Source: Nymphaea colorata (taxonomy: Eukaryota). From it: DNA of 64,000 nt. The translations under genes were made by a program, and so were the position numbers. A model generated the notes under the pieces. It was given only the letters and a program-made list of their open reading frames with translations, was not told where the DNA came from and did no database searches. Position 1 is the stretch's first letter. Every line of letters begins with the position of its first letter. Location of the stretch: assembly GCF_008831285.2 (NCBI RefSeq), contig NC_045138.2, forward strand, positions 620,001 through 684,000, given 5' to 3'. Positions 12,551 through 26,708 of the stretch are shown piece after piece.

Positions 12551-15500
12551 CTATTGAGAAAGAAACTGATCAACAAGAACCGACGTCCCACACGGCAACG
12601 TTAGATGCGCAGAAACAATCAACCTGCTGTCCAACTGTTGACAGCAATACCACAACAAAGAAGACTGCAATCTGAAGACAGAAAAACGCTGCTACCAGCA
12701 AGCCCACAACTGAAAACGAATCCCCACTGTTTGTATTGTTTGCGCTGACCAACGACTTATCTATTTATGCATCTAACGCTGTTGTACCACAGTTTATCCT
12801 TCACAGATCATGAATAATGACAGCAAATAAAACAATCAACATAAACTTGCCATAGACGTCATAGATAGCAGTCCTCCACTTGGCTGCGTTGATCATATAA
12901 CATATCAAACCATAGGCGATTAATCAGCGCAGACTCCCACACAGCTGCAATACTATATATACTTCTGAAAAATCCACGGCTGGAGTCTATTCACCATCTG
13001 TCCTAACGTGAATAGACTCCTCCACACTGTTCCGTTGCTGGAAAACAGCAACTAGAACAGGCGAGAGATGAAGGAGAAAGAAGACGGAGGAAGTAGAAGA
13101 GATCAAGCCTGAAAGGAGACGGAGGATCGCCGATGGTGTGCGTCACGTCCGCGCGCTGGCTGTGTGCTTCAAGTCTCCAGTCACGTCCGTAGCTCTGATA
13201 CCATGTTGCAGCGGAGAAGAAGAGAGTGAGAGAGAGAAGCTGCCGTGAGATTGAACCTTGAGAACCTTTCCTTACGATAACCCTCATCTCTCTTATAAAA
13301 GAGATTAGGGTAAAAAGGGATTTACAAAATAACTCAATGGAAAATAAGAAAAATATTAAAGAGATCTTATAACTCTTTAATATTACAAAGAACCTCCTAA
13401 AACATAAAACTTTTCTTGTTTAACATAGCTTATGTGAATCTACAGTTAGACTATAAGCCTGAGGAACTAAACTTTAAACCAAGCAAATATACTGCAAATG
13501 CGTAAGACTTGTGAACATAAAGATTCTTGAATCATACCAAGTGTTGAATTAGAATAGGCAGTTTAAGCGTATTGTGAGAGCGACAAGACCTGAGATGCGT
13601 TCCAGAACAAATTACTTCTACATCTCTAACAATCCCATGCAAGATGAGCATAACAAACAAAGGATGCTAATTGCTAGTTCAATAAAGAAGGCTGAGGAAG
13701 AAAATTTTATCTAAGAAGATATCAATAGCTGACATTTTCAGTAAAGCAATGACGGGAAGAATATGGCATCAAACTTATAAGCAAGGTGATCTTCAAGATT
13801 TAGATATATGTTCTATCCCTATAGCAAAACTAACACTATGTTTGGATGGACGAAAAGAAAATGATAATAAAAAGATGGAAAGGAAAATAAAAGAACAAGA
13901 AAGATTGAAGCTGGATAAAGAAATGAAAGGAAAAAAAATTACTATAAAAGCTTGTCAGTATAGGAAAGAAAGGAAAGGAAAAGAATTGTTAAATATCATG
14001 TTCGTTAAGCTACAAAAAGGAAATTGAAAAACATGCTTGTTTACAATAATACCCCTATCATGCATTTGATGTAGTTGCTGGTTAAGGAGAATATTCTTCA
14101 AATGCTGTTGTGGAATGCTTAAATTTACACTCTCACATTATCCATAAGATCAGGAACAAGGAATAAATATGACTTTATAACAAAAAAAAAAGTAGAGTTA
14201 CGCATTCTCATATAAATATAAAAATTGTGACAAAGAGAAGTTCACATAAGCTAATGCAATAATAAGTCATTATATTCCATAACGAAATTGAAAATGATGT
14301 TCCAGCCTAAGTTTAGGTAATATCAATTTCAGACAACTTCAGTTTCACATACCTTTTTAACTAAGATCTCCTTTTGAGCTGAAGAAGGACAACAAAAGAA
14401 TATCTCAATCCTTTTTTCATCTTTAGTAAGATGAAGATATATTTTGGCTTGTAACTCTTTTTAAGACAAATAGCTTCAATACATATATTTATTTGAATAT
14501 GCAATTGATTGCCTCTTCTTTCAGCGTTACATTCTTTAATTGCATCAGAAACTTCTTTAGTCATATCTTTAACCTCTTTCAAATCATGTCCACTTTCACT
14601 TCTTAGACCAACATTGCTTCATTTTAAGAAATCAAGTCACCAATATATAGGAATACTTCACTATCAATCTTATTTATTGAAACTAGTCAACAAATCTTTG
14701 TTTTTTTGGTGTGTTTTGACCATTCTCCTATTGTTCTATCTTGAGCAAACAAATGCACTAACTTGTTATAATTTGGAACATGTAATCATCAATTTCTCTG
14801 CAATTGGATTTGCCTATTTAAAGAAGCACAAAAGAGACCAAAAAAAAAAAAGGAAACTCATATTTAACATAAAAATTTTATTTCACGAGACAATATATGA
14901 TTAAATAGCTAAATGAAATGTATTAACTCTATTAATGAATCTTAAGCTTCTCATTTAGCAGTTCACATATTTGTTGATGAATCAATACTAAATCAATTCA
15001 ATTTCTTAAAAATGTCACAAAAGTTAGATTGCAAGGTTTTCATGTGGTTTTGATAAGATCCTGGATGAACATCTTATCGAGTTTTGCATTCACCTCTCCC
15101 AATATTATCATATGTTATAATAGTAAAAGTACCACTCACTTTATTGTCTATCATTTGATGGAATATTAGTGAATGGTTTATAGATGGTCTCCACTGACTT
15201 TATCAGTCTTTTCTCTCGTCATTTGTCTTTGATTCTTTTTTACTAGCATTGTCTAGACACATAGCAATACAAGTTTAAAAAATCTATTTATAATAAAAAC
15301 ATGAACTGATATAAGAAAAATTTTAAGTAATTAAAACCATATACAACTAAGATCAATCTTGTAAAAGGCATATCATAATGTGTATCTGTCAGGCCAACTT
15401 ATAGCCTATACGCCATATCATGACATATCCCAAAATTATTTTTTTTAAAAAATAAAAAATAGAAAAATAGAGAAATTTCAGAAAAATCATGAAAAATGTT

Positions 15501-18500
15501 CTATATAAAAAACTCATCACGCATGTAATGAATATTCATGATTCATCATTCACAAGTCATATATGTTAACAAGACATTAAAAATTAAAACAAATACCTTA
15601 ACAAAATAAATGGTAAACTCTTAAAAACAATAGAGATACACGTAAAACTTGAAATTGAAGATTGCATGCCTTGGGTAAAAGAAGGAACACAAAAAACTTT
15701 TTCTTCCAAACACGACTGGGTTCCTCATGAGAAAATCTCCTTTCAAACTGGTGATTTCTCACTCAAGTTGACGATTTATTTGACAATTTCTCCCCACACC
15801 CAGCAAAAACTCTTCCACGTAAAGCTCCTAGAAGTGCTAGAAATTGAAGAGAAGAGGCAGTTTTTAAAAAAGAAATCAAGCAAAAGGTGCATCGTGCCCC
15901 TTTTACAAACTGCATCTATTGGCTATATCGTACGATATGGCCGATACACCTGTGCATACGCATGAAAAATGCACACAATAGGCATATCAATAGCTTTTGT
16001 GGACCTATACAATATGTATCATACGATATGCCTCTGTGTACAATACATATAACGCTGACTAAGTTAACAAATATAAAAAACAAAAAATAATACAATAGTA
16101 ACATGTATTAACTATATAGTCAATCAATTTATCAGAACTTGTAGACGATTGTGTTACCACAAAGTTAAAGAGATTGACTTTCATGTAAATTCTCTATCTT
16201 ATAGTCTTTGTCTTCATCAATTTAAAAGTAGAATTCTCATATATAAGTTCTACACTATTATCTTCAATAATGCTAACATTTAAATCAACACCTATGAGAT
16301 AGTTGTGTAGTATACAATGAATAAGTTGATTTACGTCTGCATATTATAAGAGTAAATTGGCTCTCTGAACTAGCTATATCCAAACCAAAGTGAAGATGGG
16401 CAGAAATTACTACTCATGACACATAAAGTCTATACAGGAAAATATATTTCCTCATGAAGTATGAGATACCAAGTACATCATTAGCAAAAAATTCTATCCC
16501 CATCTGCAGCGTCAGCTATAAGCCTATAACCATACTTTGTATTCATTCACTGCCATAAACTAATTTATTCTACAGACAAGTTACATATATAAACCATTAA
16601 CAGTTAGAATTTTAACAAGAAACATCTTGCTCCAGAATTCATGCAATTACAAGTGAAAACTTCTTGCCATGTACTCATTTTCTAACCAATCCACATTTTC
16701 TTATAATACCGACCAAAAAACCAAAGTAAAGGCTGGCAGCAACAACTACTCATGAAACGTAAGGTCTATACAGGAAAATATATTCCCTCATGGAGTATGA
16801 GATGCCAAGTACATTGTAAGCAAAAATTATTTTACTATCTGCAGCATTAGCTATAAGCCTATAACCATACTTTGTATTGCAAGCAAGCACTGCCATAAAC
16901 TGATTTATTCTACAGATAAGCTTACAAGTATAAATCATCATTCATCAATAGTTAGAATTTTAATCGAGAAGTACTCCAGAATTGATGCAGTTCCAACTGA
17001 AAACTTCTTTCCATTTACTCATTTTCTAAATCCACATTTTCTTATAATACCAACATGAAAACCAAAGTAAAACTAGCAGCAATAACTACTCATGGCACAT
17101 AAAGTCTATGAGGCAAAATACATTCCCTTATGGAGTATGAGATGACAAGTACATTGTAAGCAGAAACTATTTCCCCAACTGCAGCATCAGGTATAATAAC
17201 ACTTCGTATTTCAAGCAAGTACTGCCACAAACTGACTTATTCTGCTAATAAATTCACTCACATAAATCATCAACGGTTAACATTTTAAATGAGAAACATC
17301 TGGAACCAAAATTGATGTTGTTCCAACTTCCAAGTCAAAACTTATTTTCATTTACTTATTTTCTAATCAATCCACTTTTTTGTAGCACCAATATCCAAAC
17401 CAAAGTAGAGACTGGCAGCAATAACTATTGATGACATGTAAAGTCTATTAAAAAAGTGTGCCTAAAAAGTAACTTACAGCGTCGAATTTGAGGATATGAT
17501 GAAGGCGATTTTGTTAACACAGGGAAAAAGTAGAAGCAATTAACTGCCCAAAGCCATGGAAGCAAGAAAAAACCAGCCCTGAAAAAGGTCCGAGCATATT
17601 TGAGAGACTCTTGTTCATTCAATCCAATTGACCCATCAACCGTCGGCCAATTTCGAGAATCTGTTGTTTGAGAAAATGATAGAGGAATGTCCACGTGGAT
17701 TTCTCTAGTTTCTTCTTGCACTTGACCTTGTTGAATCCCCTCATGTCTCTGCAATAGTTCCGAAGATTCTGTAGAAAATAACATCAAGAAGAGTAACTCT
17801 TTGTACAAGGTCACAGTACAATAATCTAAAATCAACACATGGAAAGAGGAAAAGAATAGAGTATCCAGTCCCTGAAAAGCTGGCCCAAGTAGGAAAAAAA
17901 ATAAAAAAAAAAATTATGCTTATAACTGGCAATCAGGACATTTGACATATCAATTTCCAAAGCATCCATAAATGTGTCAAAATGCCAATCCAACTTATAA
18001 ATAATCAATACTTTCTAAAACCACCATGGAATGTGATGACGGATTCACGAGAACTCGGGAAATAAGCCGAACACAAAAAACAAGAAACAAACATTCGAGG
18101 TTTCACTAAGAATACGCATTTCCAAGGGAGACAATCAAAAGGAACTCAATCAAGAAAAACAAAATACACATTTCCTAGAAAAGATCAGTACAAGTTTAAC
18201 CTTCAAAAACCCATAATCAAAATTAAAAGAAAATCCTAATTAGCAAAAAGAATAAGAAAGAAAGAAATGAAGAACCTGAAGAGAATTCAAGAGAACAAAA
18301 CCATCACATGAAACCCAAAGAAGATTAGATAAATGCAATCAGTTGGCAAAAAAGGATCAGTCAATGATCCGCCAGTAATCAGCATAGCAGGGCACAGTAA
18401 ATTGAAAATGCCCCAAAGAAGGCAAAAACAAATCTAATCGAACAATAAGGGTCTTAGATGGAACCCACGTACAATGGTTCCAGATAAAATAGGAAAATAA

Positions 18501-18770
18501 TGCCCATCACGGTGGTTTAGACAAACTCTTGATTTATCTATAAGAACCAGAAATAACTGAAGTGGAAAGGAGAAAAAACAATCAAAACGGAGAAGGGAAG
18601 AAAATTGAGAGAATTTCCAACTAGCGAACGATTTGAAGCATATGAAACCCAAAAGCTTATAAACCACAACACCAATGACGACAACAACAATAATAACATC
18701 AAACGAGAATGATAAAGGAAGAAGATGAAACATTACCGTCACTGTGCCTGTGCGAGGCGACCTCCGCCAT
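7505..18770 (-). CDS. PEN2: Gamma-secretase subunit PEN-2 (presenilin enhancer 2), 161 aa; exons 18770-18737, 17768-17478, 7665-7505
   Basis: The spliced ORF MAEVASHRHSD|ESSELL...WPTVDGSIGLNEQESLKYARTFFRAGFFLLPWLWAVNCFYFFPVL...PQIRR|YVVGSAIGF...FAIGGEHLFGSVWDRLVMYNVAGDLGLTAWN* has the plant PEN-2 motifs. Both introns are GT-AG, phase 1; the CDS totals 486 nt. Exon 1 is inferred from phase and splice signals. Confidence 0.92.
8022..8243 (-). repeat. 3' LTR of the Copia element (222 bp)
   Basis: Direct repeat of 13204-13425, with TG..CA ends and an adjacent polypurine tract. Confidence 0.97.
8251..12477 (-). CDS. Copia gag-pol polyprotein (GAG, protease, integrase, reverse transcriptase, RNase H), 1408 aa
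   Basis: Zinc knuckle CTYCGKIGHLEDRC; protease WIIDSGASRH; integrase HLRLGHPS...CEAC, DVWG, DNALEF, ERKHR; RT DVKNAFLYG and YVDD; RNase H YSDADYAG, AESEY, YCDN, KHIE. Integrase precedes RT, which is the Copia order. Confidence 0.98.
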   Translation of the reverse strand: MDRFMMAESNKSDFSHEVKSGGNPFSYGSTVKLDGSNYEIWSRVFMMSVIGHQKEHVIEENEPVEKSGKYSSWKGDNNIVMSWIMNSVQPQIASTIAYYTSAKQMWDFLKQTYSNDRNISKILQVEEELLNLQQGDQSLAQYFASLKSISERLKALRPPCPTCYKTHGEQSMVAKFLQGLSSEYAVAKAQMLTGAEIPDLAEAYNRLSRLAVTLSSPASDIHASALAASGGRGRGLFRGRGMGRGSGGGRGRFQCTYCGKIGHLEDRCWDKHGRPTAAPSLGRNVTSKLGKNSLQSSIGAAQAASSVVDGSLSSSQSETMTVSINKSEYEDFLAHRSTQPSASTVMTDSAMSVDTISHDTGTTWIIDSGASRHFCSTPSMFTVLHSLPQIRHVRLADGRLSPIMGYGDIKISQSMTIPNVLYAPKFPTNLLSVGQLVNDLHCRVTFDSGLCSFQDLPTGKTIGGGYEKGGIYFLSDPVGIAASSITSLSSSFQWHLRLGHPSVSKLRHLLPHLSLPESFQCEACQLGKHTRSSYSSSLSTSSCGLFDLLHVDVWGPSRVASRSRFRYFLVIVDDYSRVTWVFLLKERSEVVCTLKNLIIEIKTQFGILVKNIRTDNALEFKASTLMKFYSDNGISPQFTCPHTSQQTGIVERKHRQLLNVARSLMLHTNLPAYFWGDAILTACYLTNRLPSSSIDNQIPIKLVHPQRSLFPVAPKVFGCTCFVHILGPTRDKLGAQAIKCIFIGYSRNHKGYKCFDPLTQKEYISADVTFFESQPYYSLTPMSTEMLRSPDPLPIPPIPLESFPVESPSSVVSKFRDPPLVYTRRQDPSHNLLPTVSQEVSTSEAHSPTHSDPCQDLPIALRKGRRQCTLHPISHFVSTDGVSKNMQQFIHALAAHTVPTCHQQALLDTQWRRAMQDEMDALVQRGTWELVDPPPRCDIVGSKWVFTVKYNSDGSLERYKARLVAKGYTQTYGVDFFETFSPVARLGTIRLIISVAVHHDWHMYQLDVKNAFLYGDLDETVYMQQPPGFERQGECGKVCKLKKAIYGLKQSPRAWFHKFSEVVSQCGFVRSPLDHSLFIKKASRGITVLVVYVDDIILTGDSDQEISDAKLFLQKHFVTKDLGPLRYFLGIEVARNGEGVVLSQRKYVLDLLQDTGMLGAKPANLPMNPRIHLHDDQTELVDSRSYRSLIGKLLYVTVTRPDISFAVGKLSQFMEKPRKVHWDAALMVVKYLKSSPGKGLLFTKGKTLEVEAYSDADYAGSVEDRKSTTGFCVFVGGNLISWRSKKQGVVSRSSAESEYRAMAQTAAEMTWARSMLSSLSVSITLPMKMYCDNQAATHIANNPVFHERTKHIEVDCHYIRDLVQAGTIATAHVPSEDQAADIFTKALPIGDFSRCCDKLSMFNMYAPA
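13192..13203 (-). promoter_or_regulatory. Primer-binding site complementary to the 3' end of initiator tRNA-Met
   Basis: TGGTATCAGAGC on the minus strand directly abuts the 5' LTR. Confidence 0.95.
13204..13425 (-). repeat. 5' LTR of the Copia element (222 bp)
   Basis: Direct repeat of 8022-8243, followed on the minus strand by the primer-binding site. Confidence 0.97.
15354..16057. mobile_element. Degenerate non-autonomous hAT-type element
   Basis: Flanked by an 8-bp near-duplication ACTAAGAT (15346-15353) / ACTAAGTT (16058-16065). The decayed ends are CAATCTTGTA and (reverse complement) CAGCGTTATA. CGATA/GTATC motifs cluster subterminally. Confidence 0.55.
16381..17450. repeat. Diverged tandem repeat, ~339-bp unit x ~3.2, at the 5' end of PEN-2 intron 2
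   Basis: The anchor AAACCAAAGT...GGCAG/AGCAG...AACTACTCATG...AAGTCTAT recurs near 16382, 16718, 17058 and 17397. Confidence 0.9.
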
Positions 18771-19931
18771 GGCCTCTCTCTCTCTCTCGGACCCTCGCTC
18801 GCACGTCTCTCACGGAAAAAATCGTCGTGAATTATCGCCGATTAATTGCTCAAACAGACGATCAAGTTATCGGCGTAGTCAGAACGCGATATTTTATCAG
18901 CCGGAGCCATCCACTTTTGCATGGTAACCGCCAACCTTTTGTTTATTGCATTCTACCTCACACAAAAACCTCGATTTTACCGTTACAACATTTTACAAAT
19001 CGGATATTATATATGGGTCGGGTATACTCAATTGTTTATCCGATTCGATTCTGCTTAGACAAATCTAGTAAAGAAATTCAAATTCCATTGGTAATTGGAT
19101 TTGAGTATTTAGGTTAGGTGAGTGGGAGATACTCATCATTCCGTGGTTTAAGGCGCTACCCTTTCAGGCTTCAACTTGCTCGTTAGCGGCTCTCTTTTTT
19201 TTTTTTTACACCAGAAAGTTGACATCTTATAAATTCAAAATGAAGACTAATCGCCTACCAGCCGCTCTTTTCCCAGTTTCGTTGCACTAACACCTCAAAG
19301 ATAATGAGATGCAAGTTTGACATAAGTGAATTCCAACTTAAGTTCGATATCCAGCTGAAATCGAATAAGATCTGTCCAAATTACATATAACAGTCGAATC
19401 TTAAGCTAGTCAAATCTAAATTTTAGTTTAAAAAGAATTTAAATCCGAATCTGAATCCTAATGCAATTGTATATAGTCTATTACACAACCCCTACAAAAA
19501 AATCAGACTCAAGGTCGGATATAATTTGAATTGAATGCAACCGAATTAGATTATTAATTAGGTACGAGTTTTTTTATCAAATTTTGATCAAATATCAGAT
19601 TGTATACAAACCATTTTTTCCAACTTTATACATAATATTATTGCATACTTTTGATAAGATTGGCTCACTGGGGATCAGCATGTGAAAAGCCAGGCCTTCA
19701 AACTCTTAACAATTTTTTTTTCTTTGATGGTCTAACATTTACTAAGCTTTAAGATTTTAAAAAACAAGTCTAAAAAACAAGAATAAATAGTTCATTTACG
19801 TATAAGTTCAAGCGTGATTAGTAGATCCATAGATGTACACAACACCTAAGTTTACCATCAGACTCATTTGGAATAATAATATAGTTTGGAATATTGGCGA
19901 TATCTGTCAGTGGTGCCATGTGTGTGCTCAT

Positions 19932-20408
19932 TAGAGGTGAACACGAGCTAAGTTGAGCTCGAACTGGGCTAGGTCAAGCTTGGTCCACAGCTAAAATATT
20001 TAGCTCGAACTTGAGTTGAGCTCAATAAATTGGCTCCAGCTCGGCTCAATAATAATTTTTGGAGCTCGACTCGACTTGGTAAGTTGGTTCAACCAAATCT
20101 CTGTTCAAAATATGTACTTTCTCTTTCACTTTTCTCCAATTTCAGGAGACCAATAGCTTGTAAGAAAATGGCATGAGGCCGTCTAAGGGCATCTTCAGAT
20201 AAGCAACCCTAGGACGTGTGAACCGAGCTTGATGAACTTGAGCTCGAGCTCGACTCGATTAAATACATGGGTTTATATGAAAACTTGAATTCGACTCGTT
20301 AATTTGTTGAAATAGTTGGTCTGAGCTTGAGTTCTAGATAAACTTAACTGAGTCGAGTCCGAGCTAATGAACTAGGTGTCCATTCAACTCATGCTCAACT
20401 ACCCCTCT
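19932..20408. mobile_element. hAT-type MITE rich in GAGCTCGA/CGAGTCGA motifs
   Basis: Begins TAGAGGTGAAC and has many AGCTCGA/ACTCGA motifs, like 29731-30141 and 40899-41307. The right end is uncertain. Confidence 0.6.
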
Positions 20409-20663
20409 CTTTTTCAAGGGGCAAGGGGCTCTGATAGACTGGTAGTAGAAAGTCTCACCAGTCTCACCATTAATTTTATTCTTGTGGGCTTCAGATTTCT
20501 GAGTCTCATTGCCTTTCTGAACCCATAGATTTTATCATGTAGAATCTCGTCGAGTGGCTGTGAAACTTTTATCGACAATAAAAACTTACTTCAATTCCAT
20601 TATTTGTGTACCAGAAAGTTCTTATGGTACTTCCAAATTCTTCACCACCTTTGGATATTGCCT

Positions 20664-20805
<142 letters not shown>

Positions 20806-20987
20806 CATTTCATCCACCCAATGGACGGGCAAATCCACAGGGACCTCACAATATCGGCCTCATGATGGGACCCGCAGGAGGAAGAGGAACCATATGGCCA
20901 CAAAGAGGGATGAGAGCACAAATGAAGATAACACCTTCTTCCTCACTGAAGGAGAAAGACCAGAAGAAGAAGTAAGGAGTTGCAGCA

Positions 20988-23800
<2,813 letters not shown>

Positions 23801-24761
23801 AAAACAACTTTGTAAAAACTATTATTTGAATCTTCAGCGTTGATACTGTGTTGACTGCTTGCAATTGTTGTTATAATTCAATATAACATGCTGTTGATAT
23901 AAATTTTTAGTTATCTTTTCTTTAACTTACTGATATATTTGTCTATCATGGATATATATGTATGTCATGGACGTTTGCTAGGCTTTCAACTCTTGGTTGT
24001 AACTTAAAATTGTTTTTTCTTTTATTTTTTGTAATTTTGTTTGATATTTTTTGTATTTTTTACTTATAAATTGCGATGTGTTCTTGTCTTTGTTGGGCAC
24101 ATACTTTTTGAAACATAATCGGGTTGCAATCGATTACTGTAAATTGATAAAAATATTCACTGCTCAAATGCAATTCACATAAGAAACTTATTTTTTTTAT
24201 ATTGGAAATAAACCATTTGGTTTCTCAATTGGAATTGAATGCAAATAATTAGATCCAATAACTGGTTATAATTATAAAAGGTACATGCATCGATATTTGG
24301 ATTTGGATTTAGGTTGCCGCAAACTTGATACCAAATTCAGATCTGATTTTCCATTCGGGCTTGATAAATTGATTCTCCAGAAAATATCCAACCCAAATTC
24401 AAGGCCACTTAAGCAATCACTATTTTGTTCGATAAAAGAATCATGCCTGATTTATTTTTCTATAGATAAACTAGGGTAATTAGGGATGTAAATGGATCAC
24501 ACATGCCCGAAACTAGATGCATTTAGTTGGACCTGGTAAAGAAATTTGAATCCACTTACCTAGCCGGATTCAGATTTGGAATGTATGTAGTTCTCATCTT
24601 CTCCCATGTCGAAAATGGTGTTCCGATCGAGGGGCACAACATAGCTGGTTGGGTTGGTGAGCTAGTAAAAGCCCGGTTATCAATTTGATTTTTGTGGATG
24701 CTACTTATTTTGGACTGCAAACTGTGGCAGACGCAAACTCATTGCCTAGAACAGTGTATAG

Positions 24762-25350
24762 TAGGGCTGACCTGATAAAAAGTCGGGACTTAGGCTGGGC
24801 CGCACTTTGAGCCCAGCCAGACTTCCTGAAACCCGAACCTAAGGCCTAAGCCTGGACATCGGGCGATGCCCAAAACCTGGGCCTAGGCTCAGGGCCTGGC
24901 CTGACCAATCAAACCCAAGCACAAACCCGGTTCAAGCCCAAACCAATTAAATTAAAAAATATTTTTTAATATAAAATTATATATAATAAAATATTATATG
25001 TATATATATATAAATTAATAAAATAAATATTAAAAAAATATCAGACCCATTGAGCTTATAGGGCCCAATCGGGCTGGCCGGTGCTCTTTTTTCCTGGTCG
25101 GGTACCAGGTACGCGCCGGGTGCACGGCCGGGTGCCCAGCCTTACTAAGGCCCCTACCTACTTAAAATAAAAAAAAAACATTTTTAATATGATTTAATAT
25201 ATAGAGATAATTAATTATAAAAATAAATAAGTATATGTATTTAAATAAAATAATATTAAAAAATAAGTTATTGAACCAACTCAAGCTTATAGGGCTGGCC
25301 TGACGCCCAATTTTAGCCCGAGCTCATGTCCTGAGTCAGGTACTGGGTAT
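24762..25350. mobile_element. hAT-like MITE relics with GGCCC/GGGCC-rich arms and AT-rich cores (related copies at ~26490-26770 and ~37420-37720)
   Basis: Starts TAGGGCTG and has clustered GGGCC/GCCCG/AACCCG motifs around AT-rich tracts. The boundaries are imprecise and no TSD was found. Confidence 0.5.
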
Positions 25351-26668
25351 CCATGGGATACTGTTGTAATTTTTTGAAAAAAGTGGGTGCATATGTCACC
25401 ATTTAAGACAGTAATAACGTCTCCTTGGCAGCTTCTTCAAGTAGCTCCATAGTTATGAATCATGTCCTCAAAAAATGTAGACAATATGATGAGATGCTCC
25501 ATGGAACACCAGGACTATGCTTTTATAATTCAATGTCTACATCTCTTTCTTGAACAAACAGAACAGAGAAGGAAGAATAAGAAACAGTGGAGCAATGAAT
25601 GCTAGATTGGGACACAATGCCACAAGGAAACCCATTGAGGACATTTAAATTCTATGGCTCTAAAATTGAATGTTCTCCAAGTTTTAATATGATCCATTAA
25701 AATCTTCCATCACCATCCAATCAAATATTGACACAAACGCGAAAATCTTAAAAGAAGTGACAATCGTTTCATATTAAACGGGAACCACGCGCACCATAGT
25801 TGGTGAACTTGTGACTTGGACTCGGATCAGAATAAATTTTATAGTATATTTTTTTTCATTAAATATACGAAGAAGGCAAGTCTATTGGGACTGCAATTTT
25901 GATTTTTTCATCAGTTAAAACTGAATAATATATAACAGAGTGTTTGTATATATTTGTTAAAATTTGTGATATTTCACAATTCGAAAATTTACAACCTTCA
26001 GTGTTTAACAACACACAATAGAAAACAAGTATGTAATTAGTTGACAATCCTAGCTGAATCAGCAAACCTTGACCCGTGACTCGATGATCTTAGTTGAGTC
26101 AAGCAACTTGCGACTCGGATCGGTGTTTTTGTGAACTGTAATGCCCACACTAGACCTGGGTTAGTGACTCATAGGCACTCAACCTACTAAGCTAGTGAGA
26201 TCGGTCAGTGCCTTTGAGCCAAATTTTTCTCGCTCCACTACTGGTGCTACCGGGTGTAGAAAGGTGTGCTGGCAAGGGCCATGGCCTCCTTTAAGAGTTT
26301 GAAAAATAAAATTTTACATTTTAAAATATTCAAAATTATAACATGGCCCTTGTAACAATTTTGAAAAATACAATTGACAAGTAAAAAATTATTTAACCAT
26401 GACCAACTAAAAAAAAAACAAACAAAACAAAACAAAAATCCTACCTTTTGTCCCTTGCTCCTGTCTATGCTAGGCAGGGAGAGTAGGATTTTATTAGGCT
26501 TCAGGTCGGCCTGGCTCGATAAGGAGAGAGGCTCTGATCGGGCCACAACCTGGGCCCAACTTGACACACACCTAAAATTCAAGTTCGAATTTGACCTACT
26601 TAACATAAAAAAAAATATTTTAATATAAAATAATATAAAAATATAATTAATCATAATATATCTATCAT

Positions 26669-26708
<40 letters not shown>

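Larger units (their letters stand above)
8022..13425 (-). mobile_element. Full-length intact Ty1/Copia LTR retrotransposon (probably Ale-like), 5404 bp, in PEN-2 intron 2 in the same orientation as the gene
   Basis: Two 222-bp TG...CA LTRs (8022-8243, 13204-13425) with no difference seen. TSD TAGCT at 8017-8021 and 13426-13430. Primer-binding site TGGTATCAGAGC (13203-13192). Polypurine tract GAGGGGGAG (8252-8244). One uninterrupted gag-pol ORF. The lineage is inferred from the short LTRs and compact size. Confidence 0.98.
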
